This document shows positions 30,195-40,960 of a stretch of 64,000 nt of DNA, piece by piece. A program made the position numbers and the translations under genes. The notes under the pieces were generated by a model. The model had not been told where the DNA came from. It searched no databases and was given only the letters and a program-made list of their open reading frames with translations. This DNA is from Candidatus Woesearchaeota archaeon. GTDB lineage: Archaea; Nanobdellota; Nanobdellia; Woesearchaeales; GW2011-AR4. Positions within the stretch are counted from its first letter, which is position 1, and every line of letters begins with the position of its first letter. The stretch covers positions 965 to 64,964 of the forward strand of contig JACOZN010000012.1 in NCBI GenBank assembly GCA_016181305.1. The letters run 5' to 3'.

Positions 30195-30350
30195 TCATTT
30201 GGATTTCTTATTCAGCGCCTTCACGTCAATCTTGCTCAGGTCAATCTCCACATAGTCCTTCTCCGTCAGATTAAGAACCTTGACTATATCAGAAGGCACC
30301 CTTACAACAAGCCCTCCGCTTGTCTTCATCAGCTTTTTTGTGTACTTCAT
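30195..30350 (-). CDS. AbrB/MazE/SpoVT-type DNA-binding protein (51 aa)
   Basis: Not in track. MKYTKKLMKTSGGLVVRVPSDIVKVLNLTEKDYVEIDL fits the swapped-hairpin pattern. Confidence 0.8.
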   Translation of the reverse strand: MKYTKKLMKTSGGLVVRVPSDIVKVLNLTEKDYVEIDLSKIDVKALNKKSK

Positions 30351-30457
30351 TTCATATATGAAATATAGATATTTTATATATTTTTTATATATTTCTCAAT
30401 ATTAAAAAGGATAGATTTATATATAAATTATATATGAGATTTATAAATATTGCGGTT

Positions 30458-31216
30458 TTACAGCCTCTGGGCTTCCTCAGCCAGAGTGGAGGCGTAGTAC
30501 CTTGCAAAAGCTATGTACGCCAGCAGGATCAGCGCCTGAAAAACTTCCGAGTACCTGTATTTGGCTGAATTTGTTATCCTTGAAATTGCATAAAGCAGGG
30601 AGAGCATCGCAGCGTAAGGCAGAAGAAAAAGATGAATCTTCGCGAAATTAAGCTTGACCGCCTCGATTATCGACTTCAAATTCCGCCTCTTCATGAAAAT
30701 CGTGTACAGCGTGTTGGTGAGGTAAAGCGCCAATATTGCAATTATAACTACAAACACCTGGACAGCCGCGGGCTCCACAAGCCAAAAAATTGCAGAAACC
30801 AGCAGAAGCCAAAACCCCATCCAGGCCAAGTTCAAGCCGAGAAACCTTGAGATCAGCGCAAGGCTTATTCTTGTTTTTGTAGTTTTTGCCCATATGATTC
30901 CCTTGAGGATGCTTGCGGTGAATATTATGGCAACCATTAGGAGTATGGCTGAAAAAATAATGAGGTAATAGAACTGGGACAGCAGCTGGTAAGCTTTGTC
31001 ATAGCCGATGGCAGCCAAATCAGAAGGAGACTGCAGCGGTATTGAGTAGCCTTTTTCTTTTATCCTCTGCAGCCAGAATAGGATGAAATAGCCTGACAGG
31101 AAATAGAACAGCGCATCAAGTATTATTACCAGTATAATTTCCAGGCCGATTTTTTTGACCGATGAAACAAGGACATTGGTGTTCCATTCAAGAAAATCCG
31201 CTTTTTTATTCTTCAT
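30458..31216 (-). CDS. Multi-pass membrane protein closing surface-protein operon 2
   Basis: About 6 TM helices; layout similar to 20864-21691. Confidence 0.75.
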   Translation of the reverse strand: MKNKKADFLEWNTNVLVSSVKKIGLEIILVIILDALFYFLSGYFILFWLQRIKEKGYSIPLQSPSDLAAIGYDKAYQLLSQFYYLIIFSAILLMVAIIFTASILKGIIWAKTTKTRISLALISRFLGLNLAWMGFWLLLVSAIFWLVEPAAVQVFVVIIAILALYLTNTLYTIFMKRRNLKSIIEAVKLNFAKIHLFLLPYAAMLSLLYAISRITNSAKYRYSEVFQALILLAYIAFARYYASTLAEEAQRL

Positions 31217-31221
31217 TTTGG

Positions 31222-34200
31222 CTAAAAGTCATTTATGTCGCTGCTGCCGCCTGTTCCGGTAGATGTTGTGGCAGTTGCTGTTGTGCCTGAAATCGGTGTT
31301 GGCTCTCCTGAAGACTCGACTATTGTGTTGCACAATTCCTTGTCCTCGAGCTTCCATCTCAGCGGTATCTCGTCAAACACTATGCAGACTTGGGTGTACA
31401 AAAACGCGCTTTCCTGAACTATTGCATTTCTGCCCATCCTGCCGAAAGTCGAGCCTCTTTTTATTTCCACATCGCTCTTGAAAACATTCACTCTCCTCTC
31501 GCCTTTCAGGAGAACATTGACGTTCATCTCCTCAGGCGCCCTTGGGTCCTTGTCATAGTCGCCGTTCCTGATATTGAATGTTATCATGTAAATGAATTCC
31601 TGCCCGGTACCTGTTTCGATTGCCTCTGTCCTTCTGGCTTCGATATGCGCTCCTATCTGCGCCAAGCCTTGCGGAGTTTCTGCAAAGGCAACTCCCTCGT
31701 CTTCGCCGTCAATATACTGGCTGCAGATTGCGCTGCTCCAGTACTCTGTTCCCAGGTACAGGGTAGCAAATGCCCTGTCAATCTTGTCGCGCCACTGCAT
31801 CAGGGAATCCTCGTCGAAGAACAATGTTGCATAGTATCCCAGGCCCCTGAATTCTGTAAATATTCTTTCCACTTCTGCAAAGAAGCGCTGCGAGTTCAGC
31901 TGCTTTAATGTGAAGCCCTCCTTGCCTTTTTTGCCGTGAACCATCTGGTTGTCGGCTGCTGTTTGCATCAAAGCCAAAATCTCAGAGTCTGCATCTACAA
32001 ATTTTTTCTTCCCCTCTGAATCCAGGTAGTATAAAGTTGGACCGGATAGCAAACCACTTCCTTCAAAGATGCATTCATCCACTGGACATATAGCAGTGAA
32101 AACTTTAATCTTGCCATAGTTAGTGTCAGTAGGATCAAAGCCAAAGGTTTTGTCTATTTCCATGTAACCGCGCGGGGTATCAATTTTTATTCTGTCCTTA
32201 TCGCTATAATCAAATTCGTATTTTTGGCCATCTTTCACAAATTTAACCTCCTGAAGTTCCCCTTTGCTGTTGAATGTTCTTGAAGTAGCGCCTTCTCCAA
32301 GCGTAGGAACACCATCTTCGAGCTTAACACTACCTTCATAAACTTTTTCTATGCCATCTTTAGTTACCTCTCTTTTTACCAAGTCTTTCTGCATTGTCAA
32401 AATATTTTCGCCTTCGAAATTCAGATGCAATCCGCTTTTGTCGCCTATAACGCCTTGCTGGGTTTTGGTTAAATCAACGCCTGCCTTCACAGCCTCAGTT
32501 AATATCTGGTTGCGCCTGTTTTCGTCAGTTACAAGATTTGGGTTTGTGCTTTGCAACTCACTAAATGATTTTCCGCTGAGTTGTGTGGTTTTGCCGTCAA
32601 CAGTGACTTTTACTTCAGCCTTGTCTGTGAGCTGTGCTTGCTTTGGCTCGTATTTTACCTCTATCCTTGAGCCGTCTGCAAGGGTTGTTGTTTCTATCTT
32701 CTGGAATTTCTCCGGATTTAGGGGGTTGTCTGTTATTGTGGTTTTTGTCCGCCTGTCTTCAAATATTTCTGTTCTTGTTTCCTTAATTAAAGACTTGTCT
32801 TTTCCGTATTTTCTGTCTGTAGCAATTTCTGTAGCGCCATCTTTTACAATAACCCTTTGGTCTCCGCCAGGCGCTGTAACTGTTATTGCTCCAGTTTGGG
32901 CATTGTAACTAAATCCCTTCTTGAAGTCAACGCCTTTTAATAATGAAGCATCCGTTGTTATTTCCACGCCGCCATAAACAATCTTCTGTTTGCCTTCAAC
33001 AGGGTTGAAAATTTCAAGCTCATACTGCTTATTGTCTCTTCCTAAAACCAGAATTTTTTCTTTGACAGCAGGCGAAACTGTTCTAGCAGGCGCTGAAACT
33101 GAGAGTATATCAGGCGGTGCGCCCTCCTTTATTTCTTTTGTTGTGCTTCTGACATCTTCTTCGCCCTGAACCAAAACTCTGCCATATTCAACCCTGACAC
33201 AGCTTATTGTTGGCGGGCATTTTCCAACTGGATATTTTTCGAGAGTTTGTGGGTTCACGTCCCTTGCTTTTTGGTCGTCCTCTTGATTAATATAAGTTTG
33301 TTTAGCCAAAGGCTGCGGTTGTTGTATTTGGCGTGGAGCAGGAGAAGGTGCTGAACGCTGTTCCACTAGTGCAGTGGATGCATACTTTTCCAAAAGTACA
33401 AGCTGCCCATTTGGCTCTACCCTGTAAACTTCACTTTCAGTAGTAATATAGTATTTATTATCGGCATCTTTGTAATTAAAACCGACAATATTGCCACTTT
33501 CTTCATCAATTACCGGGCTGGCTTTTAACTCACGATTTCCTGAGAGTATGTAATATTCCCCTCCTTTTTTAATTGCAGGGCCTATTGTTGCTTGTAGTTG
33601 GGTTTCAGTCGCTGGCGTTTCTGGAATTGTTGTAGACTTTTCTTCAATTATATTTACAGTCGCTCTTGATAAGCCATCTGTTAGTCTTACTTCTATTTTT
33701 TTACCCTTATACTTCTCCAATTCTCCCCCTTCTAATGCTCCAACAACCTGATTATTATTGTTGACAATAGTTCCATCTTCTCTTACATTGTATTCTCCCA
33801 ATGTTGTATCTGGATTGTCAGCGAAATCTTGTATTCTTTGATATTTCGGCTTTTCTTGCGAATCTGGTTTACTTGCATCAGCTGGCGCTTGTGCTTCTTG
33901 TATTAAACGAAGAGCTTCACTATGAATTTCATTATATTCATCGGGAGAAACAGTTTCATCAGGATAACAAAGATCGCAGCCCCCCAGTGTTCTAACCCTC
34001 ATTAATTTCAAATTCTCTATGCTGTCTCCGTCAAGATAATACTCCTCTGAGCCTATTTGTATATATTCATTTTTCTGTGCAATCTCAAGAAGCTCAGTAT
34101 CGTATTGCTCTTGGGTTTTTCCCTGTGTTGATACATCAAAAATTTTTCCTAATGGGTTTTCAATGACTTGTGATTCTACAACGCTCTTGATTTCAACATC

Positions 34201-35589
34201 ATAGCTATATGAACCCCTTGGATCTCCTTGTACATTTTTTACAAGAAATTCTTTACTTTGACTTCTGAAAACTTCACCTTCAAGAGGTATGACAAAAATA
34301 CCTTTGGGTACGCCAGTTTCATAAAATCCATAAGCCTCGTCATAATAATACCCTCTTAATCCTGATAAAGTTCCGTAGAAATCCTCTGGTGGTGGATTGT
34401 AAAGTCTGAATGTGTGAACTTCACCATCTTTATCGGTAAATGTTAAAGTTTCCGGAGCTTCCCTTATATCAACTATACCCAATTTTCTGTAGTTTAGGCT
34501 ATTTGACTTTCCAATTTCGGTATTAAGTTTTTCTGGCTCTTGAGTTGCTGAAATTTGTGATATGCTTGCACCAAAATCTTCATTTTGCTGGTAGTCTGTA
34601 TTTTTTCCCAAGTAGCTAAGGTAAACACCTTTGTCGACATTTATGCCGTCTATTATTCCGTACCAATCATCAACTTTTGGATCAAATTTTCCATCACCAT
34701 CAATATCTACCCAGTCTATATAACCCCTGCCTTCAAATTCCCTCCTATATTGGACAGTTTTTATTGTTCCTTGTTGCTGTGTTTCCGAAATCGTACTAAT
34801 CCCCGGAAAACTTGAGCTTTTTTTGATACCCTGGAGATATTCCTGATATGCTTCCTGTGCTTCTTCATTTTCAGGAGGGGCTCCGATTTCAGTCAGTTGC
34901 TGAGCTACATCCTCTAGCTCGGGATTGACAAAAGAAAGCTTATGCACGTCCTTGGCAGGGTACTCCTTTTTGCCGAATAGGCCATAGAATGTAACCTTCC
35001 ATTCTTTTGCGTTATTATCCCAAATGAATATTGCTTTGTCATATAAAAATGGGTCACGCACTTCAGAACGGAAGTAATAGGCTTGATTTTTTGTGGCTCT
35101 TTGCAGTGACTCTGATTTCTTGTCGCTTAAAATCTGGAATCCTGTTATGCGGGCAAGTTTTGAAATTATTGTTATTTCTTCTTCCACAAACTCCCCTTCA
35201 TCCGCAACCTCGCTTTCAGGCAGCCCTGTGAAAGTCTTGTCAAGCCTTGCTGTCCCGTCTGCTTCAACAATCAACAGCCCATTCTGTTCCTCCGGGTTCC
35301 TTACTTTTATGTACAATGAAACATAAGAGTTGAAGCTGTCGAGGTAATACACATAGCCGTTGATTATCTGGTACCATCCCTCGTTTAAATGGCTTAGCTC
35401 ATTCACATTTCTGACTTCAATGGTTTTCAGCCCAAACCCATTTTCGCTTATTGCAGTTTCCTTAGCAACATTGGCTGTTATATTATTTTCATAAACAATA
35501 GATGTTGCCAGTACAAGAGACAAAATTATAATTATGGTTGTGAATACAAGCAGCGCTTCTGCCATTTTACCTGGGATTTTTTGCTTCAT
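31222..35589 (-). CDS. Large membrane-anchored surface protein (1455 aa)
   Basis: N-terminal TM and ITANV/ITGF motifs; ATGA-coupled to the upstream gene; Thr/Gly-rich tail. Confidence 0.85.
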   Translation of the reverse strand: MKQKIPGKMAEALLVFTTIIIILSLVLATSIVYENNITANVAKETAISENGFGLKTIEVRNVNELSHLNEGWYQIINGYVYYLDSFNSYVSLYIKVRNPEEQNGLLIVEADGTARLDKTFTGLPESEVADEGEFVEEEITIISKLARITGFQILSDKKSESLQRATKNQAYYFRSEVRDPFLYDKAIFIWDNNAKEWKVTFYGLFGKKEYPAKDVHKLSFVNPELEDVAQQLTEIGAPPENEEAQEAYQEYLQGIKKSSSFPGISTISETQQQGTIKTVQYRREFEGRGYIDWVDIDGDGKFDPKVDDWYGIIDGINVDKGVYLSYLGKNTDYQQNEDFGASISQISATQEPEKLNTEIGKSNSLNYRKLGIVDIREAPETLTFTDKDGEVHTFRLYNPPPEDFYGTLSGLRGYYYDEAYGFYETGVPKGIFVIPLEGEVFRSQSKEFLVKNVQGDPRGSYSYDVEIKSVVESQVIENPLGKIFDVSTQGKTQEQYDTELLEIAQKNEYIQIGSEEYYLDGDSIENLKLMRVRTLGGCDLCYPDETVSPDEYNEIHSEALRLIQEAQAPADASKPDSQEKPKYQRIQDFADNPDTTLGEYNVREDGTIVNNNNQVVGALEGGELEKYKGKKIEVRLTDGLSRATVNIIEEKSTTIPETPATETQLQATIGPAIKKGGEYYILSGNRELKASPVIDEESGNIVGFNYKDADNKYYITTESEVYRVEPNGQLVLLEKYASTALVEQRSAPSPAPRQIQQPQPLAKQTYINQEDDQKARDVNPQTLEKYPVGKCPPTISCVRVEYGRVLVQGEEDVRSTTKEIKEGAPPDILSVSAPARTVSPAVKEKILVLGRDNKQYELEIFNPVEGKQKIVYGGVEITTDASLLKGVDFKKGFSYNAQTGAITVTAPGGDQRVIVKDGATEIATDRKYGKDKSLIKETRTEIFEDRRTKTTITDNPLNPEKFQKIETTTLADGSRIEVKYEPKQAQLTDKAEVKVTVDGKTTQLSGKSFSELQSTNPNLVTDENRRNQILTEAVKAGVDLTKTQQGVIGDKSGLHLNFEGENILTMQKDLVKREVTKDGIEKVYEGSVKLEDGVPTLGEGATSRTFNSKGELQEVKFVKDGQKYEFDYSDKDRIKIDTPRGYMEIDKTFGFDPTDTNYGKIKVFTAICPVDECIFEGSGLLSGPTLYYLDSEGKKKFVDADSEILALMQTAADNQMVHGKKGKEGFTLKQLNSQRFFAEVERIFTEFRGLGYYATLFFDEDSLMQWRDKIDRAFATLYLGTEYWSSAICSQYIDGEDEGVAFAETPQGLAQIGAHIEARRTEAIETGTGQEFIYMITFNIRNGDYDKDPRAPEEMNVNVLLKGERRVNVFKSDVEIKRGSTFGRMGRNAIVQESAFLYTQVCIVFDEIPLRWKLEDKELCNTIVESSGEPTPISGTTATATTSTGTGGSSDINDF

Positions 35590-38500
35590 TTTTTTGTTTT
35601 AACCGGCGTAAAGCCAGAATCTCCTGTTGTCTTTTTTGGCTTTGACTTGTCCTTCAAGTCCAATCTCGAGCAATAATCTTCCCTTACCTTAAATCCTTCA
35701 TCTATAATATTTTTCACATTGCCTATGACTTCCCCTGTTTTCGCCAATAGCCTCCAGCCTTCGCATGCTGTGAATACTGCAGTAGAGGTTGGCGCCGGTG
35801 CAGGGCAAGTCGTCTTGCACAGCAATGCAACTCCGACTCCCAAGGCTGAAAAGGGGTTTGACAAGGCGTCCTTTATTATTCCGGTAAAGTGGTCGAACAC
35901 GGCAGTGTAGGGAATCAGTGCAAAAAGCTCTCCGTAAACATACTTGCAGGTTGAAAATGCTTTCAGGTCCTCGCATGCGGTCACTGGCAGCCCATCCTGC
36001 GCAACAGCGTTTTCCAAACAATCAGCATACAGGCATTTAATCTGCCTGTACTTGTCCAATCCGTAAATTATTCCGGGAATGCACGCAAACAAAGTAGCAA
36101 CTATGAGGTTTCTCTGCGGGTTCATGTATTCTGCAAAGCCTCCTTTGATTTGGTCGCCCACTTTAACCTGCCCTCCAAGAGAATACTTTCCTTCCCCTCC
36201 AGAAACATATTCAGGACTTGGTGTAGGCAGGTATTTTGCTCCGGGCAGGCTGTTAATCATGCCCTTTACGTTATTCTGCCAATATCCTAAAACCCATGGC
36301 GCCCATTGGCAGTTGACAAACTTGCAAGCCTTGACTCCAAAGTCTATGAAGGCATTTTGTGCAGCTTCTTCCCCGGCTTGCTGCGCCCCGCATTGGGCTG
36401 TCTTGGCGTTATAAGCTGCAGTACAAACCGGAATTCCTATTATAGGCAGTCCCCCTTTATAACAATTGTCAGTGAAAATTCCAAGAAGTACTGTTATGGT
36501 GTACATCACAGTAATAATATTGTACAGCGTAGCAAACAATTGGCATATCTTTTTTGCAATGGTGAAAAACTTGTTAAGGCTGGAGATAGCCTTGAAAATG
36601 CCCTCTGCATCATCCTTTGCGTCTTTTATCTTGCGCTGGATTTCGCTGCTTACCTCCCCTAATGGAAGATTTGAAAACAGGAGATTTATCTTTGCAGTTT
36701 CTATCTCCGGGTTTCGTGTTATGTCTGTACCGCTTCCAATCTTCGAGAATATGTTGAAAGAGCAGCTTAGGCTTGCATTGCTGAGCTTGAAGTCATCTTT
36801 CTTCAACGTTATCTTTATGACAGGCGACGTGCTTCCTGGCTCTGTGTTGAAAGTGTCAACGCTGTCCACGATTGATGTGTCGCCTGAGCAGCTTGCAGAC
36901 CCAATGAAAACAGTCGAGACAGCCTTTGTTGCTGATTTCTGGCTTAAGTCAACTTCGCAGAAAACCCTTTGGTTTATCAGCGGACCAAGCTGCCTGTCAA
37001 TTGTTTCAGGAGAGCACTCGGCTTCGCTCGTCCAGAAATTAGGCACAGTGGCGTTTTCCAGGCCATAAGTCTTCAATGACTTTGTAACAATAAGCGTGTT
37101 GCCTGCATTGTCGCTGAAGTTGAACGTTATGAAATCAGAGGCTTCAAGGTTTATGGGGTCAGTAAGCCATATGCATATGTTCTCGTCTGCCTGTATCTTT
37201 TCGCATTCTCCCTTGGCATCCGAGGCATCGCTTATGAAGCTGGAAAAGTCGGCTGATACAAAAACATCGTTGTCTTCTGTGACATTTGCAACTACAGCAA
37301 TCTTGTCGCCTATCTTGAAAAAGCCTGCAAATGCCTGGGCTAAGCCGCCTACATTGGTTATGTTCATGCTCTTCAACTGAGGGGCATCCTGGTCAAGCTT
37401 TACCTCAAGCTGCGTCTCTTCAGCAACTGAGTTTCCAAGCAAATCCGTTGTGTCAGAGCCTATGGAAATTGTGGAAACTGGCCTGAACCTGACATCTTCC
37501 CAGATGCATGTCCATCCTGACTCCTGAATGCAATTTGACGCTTTGAGCTTGGCTCCGTCAACAACAAGTATTGCGTCTTCCGGGCTCAAGCCCGTTGAGT
37601 CGTCGAAAACAGCTGTTACAACATTGCCTGATGCTTTGCCTATCAGCTGCCCGTCTGCCAAAGTGGACGTTGACAAGAGCTGCAAAACAGGCCCTTCCTC
37701 GTCCAAAGAAAGAAGCTTTGTAATTGTGACGCTTCCTTTGTTTCCTGACTTGTCAGAAGCATTGATTATGATATTCTTGAAGCCGCCAGTGCCTGGCTTG
37801 AGCTCAACAGCCCATGCGCATGCGCTTGTGCCGCCTTGCAGTGTGCACGATGCCTTTGCATTTTTTAAGGCTTGGCTGGGGTTTAATGCTGACAAATCAG
37901 CTGTTACTGAACTCAGGCTTAAGTCATCCCCAGATATATTGACAGCCACAACTGCGTCCGAGCCAACAGAGGAATAGGTGCTAATTGCTATGTCTTTTAC
38001 AAAAATGCCAAAAGTGCCGGGCAATGCCAAAGGAGGAGTGTTGTCTATTGTAAATGTTGCCGATGCATCGTCTGAAACCTGGCTGAATTTGTCGGTTGCC
38101 TTTGCAAACACAGAATTCAGGCCGTCGTCAAATACGCCGGAGTTAATGGATATGTTGGAGCTGTAAATGCACTCGCTTGAAGAAATGTCAACCTTTTGGC
38201 TGAGCGAGCTGTCCAGCGTGAAAAACTCTATGCTTTTTATTCCTGCGCACTTGCCGCCGCAGGACGGCTCGTCGCATGCAAAGTCCGCAATGCTGTAAGT
38301 GATGTTAATGTTCTGTCCTGAGGAAAACTTGCTCTTTGGAATGGTTAGCTTAACTTCAGGCGGCTTGTTGTCTATAGCCAATGAGCTTTGCTTTGAGTCG
38401 TCAAGAGTTTTGTCGTCCCTGTAAAGGTTTATTGTGACAGGGAATGATGTTGCATCAAATAATTCTGTGCCGCTGCTTGGGTATCTCAGCGTGCACAAAA

Positions 38501-38774
38501 AGCTTCCATTGGACAATGCATCGCACTTGTCAAACTGAATTCCTGGATCTGCCCCTACAACAATCTGCTCCGGAGTTATCGTGTCTCCGGCAATTGAAGC
38601 CTGCGCTTCCAAGTTGATGAAGTCCTCTTCGCGCGCAAATCCCTGGATATTGTCGCTTCCCTTCACAGACACTGTGCCTATGCCTGCATAGGCGCTTGTA
38701 GTGTAAAAAGGAATTGTCAGCACTAAGACTATCAGGAACGATGCAACAAACTGCATGTATTTTTCATTGCTCAT
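35586..38774 (-). CDS. Large secreted protein (1062 aa): Ig-like repeats plus Cys-rich/hydrophobic C-terminal domain
   Basis: Signal peptide similar to the 2179-aa gene (LTIPFYT vs LTLPFYT); IDNKPP/IDNTPP and D..GN Ig motifs. Confidence 0.85.
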   Translation of the reverse strand: MSNEKYMQFVASFLIVLVLTIPFYTTSAYAGIGTVSVKGSDNIQGFAREEDFINLEAQASIAGDTITPEQIVVGADPGIQFDKCDALSNGSFLCTLRYPSSGTELFDATSFPVTINLYRDDKTLDDSKQSSLAIDNKPPEVKLTIPKSKFSSGQNINITYSIADFACDEPSCGGKCAGIKSIEFFTLDSSLSQKVDISSSECIYSSNISINSGVFDDGLNSVFAKATDKFSQVSDDASATFTIDNTPPLALPGTFGIFVKDIAISTYSSVGSDAVVAVNISGDDLSLSSVTADLSALNPSQALKNAKASCTLQGGTSACAWAVELKPGTGGFKNIIINASDKSGNKGSVTITKLLSLDEEGPVLQLLSTSTLADGQLIGKASGNVVTAVFDDSTGLSPEDAILVVDGAKLKASNCIQESGWTCIWEDVRFRPVSTISIGSDTTDLLGNSVAEETQLEVKLDQDAPQLKSMNITNVGGLAQAFAGFFKIGDKIAVVANVTEDNDVFVSADFSSFISDASDAKGECEKIQADENICIWLTDPINLEASDFITFNFSDNAGNTLIVTKSLKTYGLENATVPNFWTSEAECSPETIDRQLGPLINQRVFCEVDLSQKSATKAVSTVFIGSASCSGDTSIVDSVDTFNTEPGSTSPVIKITLKKDDFKLSNASLSCSFNIFSKIGSGTDITRNPEIETAKINLLFSNLPLGEVSSEIQRKIKDAKDDAEGIFKAISSLNKFFTIAKKICQLFATLYNIITVMYTITVLLGIFTDNCYKGGLPIIGIPVCTAAYNAKTAQCGAQQAGEEAAQNAFIDFGVKACKFVNCQWAPWVLGYWQNNVKGMINSLPGAKYLPTPSPEYVSGGEGKYSLGGQVKVGDQIKGGFAEYMNPQRNLIVATLFACIPGIIYGLDKYRQIKCLYADCLENAVAQDGLPVTACEDLKAFSTCKYVYGELFALIPYTAVFDHFTGIIKDALSNPFSALGVGVALLCKTTCPAPAPTSTAVFTACEGWRLLAKTGEVIGNVKNIIDEGFKVREDYCSRLDLKDKSKPKKTTGDSGFTPVKTKK

Positions 38775-40894
38775 TTTAACTGGAATGACGGCTGCAGGGC
38801 AGCCTGGTATGTTTTTGAGTAATCCTCAACCCTGTTCATCTGCTCAATGTCCTCTATCACCCTCTGGCTTTCAGGCACATCTGCAATGCCTATGCTGACT
38901 GCATAAAGCACGATTGTATTGTGCTTTTCAAGCTCGTTTGCGCCAATCGTGAAATTCAGCTTAAGCCCTCCCTCATTGAAATTCTCTCCATAATCAATTT
39001 TTTGTATTGTAAAGCATTCTTTGCCTCCGAAAAATCCCTTCTTGACGCACTTCTGCCTTTCGGGAATCACTATCATTTCGTTGAGCAATAGTGTTATGTC
39101 AGCCGAGTAAGCGCCTGGCGCAATTTCTATTTCGCTTGACTCTTTCTGCTGCCCTTCGTAGCCGGCAATTGAGGAAAAATCAAGCTCGGTGCCGTCGCTG
39201 ATTCTTGTCAGTACAACAGATGCCGACTCTTTGCTGCTCAAATCAGCAGCGGCATCGGAAAACTGCCATCCTTGCGGAGTCTTTACGACACTTTTTTTCC
39301 TGACAATCAGGTTTTTTGTGTAGATTGGGGTGAGCTGCGCCTCAACAGAATCTTCCCTGCCTGCTTTCGGGTCATACTCAACAGCCTTTCCTATGTAGCC
39401 GTCTTTGACTATGCTGACACTTCCGCCAACTCCAACAGGGAACTGCTCCTTCAAAATCCCGTTTGCATCTGTTGCGCCTATAAAGCAGCTTTCTCCTATA
39501 ATAGTGTAAAGCACCTGCGCATCTTCAACTGATTTTTTTGCTGCCGCATCAGCAGCATGTATTGTTATGTTGCCGCTTGTCCTTGAGTCGCAGAGCAGTG
39601 TCCTTTCCGACAATGAAGCCCTTTCCAAAGGAGCAAATCCAGCAGGCATGGGCTTGTTGTTCCTTATGTTGCCTTCAAGGAAGAAATTAAATGAGTAGCC
39701 CTGCCCGTTCAGCGCAAGGGGGTCCTGCACTTCAACCATCACAGGAAACGACAAGTCATACACAAACCTGTACTGCTGTATTCCGAAAAATGAAATCAGG
39801 CTGTTTGCAGAACTCGGCATGCACCGCTCGCCATTGCAGTTGAGCTCAAAGTACGCAGGCCAGAAATCAAGGTAAGTGAAATAAGCTGCAAGGTTTCTGA
39901 ATGAGCTGTTCGCAACAGGGATTATGGTTGAGTCGTAAAGCCTTTGGGCAAGCTCCGACTCAAATTCGTTCCTCTCGTAATTGTAAGTTCCGTCAACCTG
40001 GAAAAGAGGTATGTAAGATGTAAGCAGCCCGGTAACCTTATTTTTAACGTCGCTTTTCCTCCAGCTTGTTGACGAGCCGAACTTGAACTGCAGGTCCGAC
40101 ATGGGAGGCAGTTTTGACTTGTCAGTGCCTGAAAAAGCCACAAGCAAATTCAGGGCGTGCTTCTCAATGTAGCGGTGCTTTATCTCCATGTTTGTAATCT
40201 TTGTAGCCAGGTCATAGATTTTGTCAAGATTTATCGGAATTCTTGCAACGGACTGGCTCAGCCTTGTATTTGCAGCTTCTTTTTCTATATCCAGCGGATA
40301 GTCCACTATGACCAAAACATCGCTGGACGCTATTGTGACATCCGCATTTAATTTTCCGGCTTCGCTGATTTTGAATCCCTGGTCTGCAAATGGCTCGAAA
40401 TTTCTTGTGCATTCCCTGAACTTCAGGTTGATATGCCTTTCCAGCTGCTTTTCAATCGAATTGTCAGTTTGCCTGAGCTCGGGCCTTTTGGAAGAAAACC
40501 TGCAGTCGCCTTTGCAGCTGTTCGCCGACTTTAAATACCACCAGTACGCAGTTTTCAGCCCGGAGCCTTTTGTGAACTCGACAGCATCGCTTTCTGTGGG
40601 GTTTTGTGTTATTATGAACGCCTCCCTGTTCAGGCTCTTGTCTGCAAAGCTTATGTAGCCGCCCTGCTTTCCTATTATATTCAGCCCTTCCACTGCAACA
40701 GAATAAGCGCAGTCGTCCAGGTATTTTTTCACAGGGTCAAATTCAAGAGGCACCTGCTCCTGCACAATCCTCACTTCAGGCTCGAGCGGCTTGGCAATCT
40801 TCTGGGTGGTGTAGAAAAATATAGCGCCTCCGAGTATTATGACCAAGCCGACTATCATGAAAATTGTCGTCTGTGATTTTCTATTCAATTTCAT
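38771..40894 (-). CDS. Class III signal (pilin-like) membrane-anchored protein, paralogue of 28250-30178
   Basis: KSQ|TTIFMIVGLVII; YLDDCA...GLNIIGKQGGY; FVYDLSFPV vs FTYDINFPV. Confidence 0.75.
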   Translation of the reverse strand: MKLNRKSQTTIFMIVGLVIILGGAIFFYTTQKIAKPLEPEVRIVQEQVPLEFDPVKKYLDDCAYSVAVEGLNIIGKQGGYISFADKSLNREAFIITQNPTESDAVEFTKGSGLKTAYWWYLKSANSCKGDCRFSSKRPELRQTDNSIEKQLERHINLKFRECTRNFEPFADQGFKISEAGKLNADVTIASSDVLVIVDYPLDIEKEAANTRLSQSVARIPINLDKIYDLATKITNMEIKHRYIEKHALNLLVAFSGTDKSKLPPMSDLQFKFGSSTSWRKSDVKNKVTGLLTSYIPLFQVDGTYNYERNEFESELAQRLYDSTIIPVANSSFRNLAAYFTYLDFWPAYFELNCNGERCMPSSANSLISFFGIQQYRFVYDLSFPVMVEVQDPLALNGQGYSFNFFLEGNIRNNKPMPAGFAPLERASLSERTLLCDSRTSGNITIHAADAAAKKSVEDAQVLYTIIGESCFIGATDANGILKEQFPVGVGGSVSIVKDGYIGKAVEYDPKAGREDSVEAQLTPIYTKNLIVRKKSVVKTPQGWQFSDAAADLSSKESASVVLTRISDGTELDFSSIAGYEGQQKESSEIEIAPGAYSADITLLLNEMIVIPERQKCVKKGFFGGKECFTIQKIDYGENFNEGGLKLNFTIGANELEKHNTIVLYAVSIGIADVPESQRVIEDIEQMNRVEDYSKTYQAALQPSFQLK

Positions 40895-40960
40895 TTTATT
40901 GTTTTATTTTTTAATGAATTTTTTTATTATGTTTTATTCTAAATCTATTTTTAATTTAAA

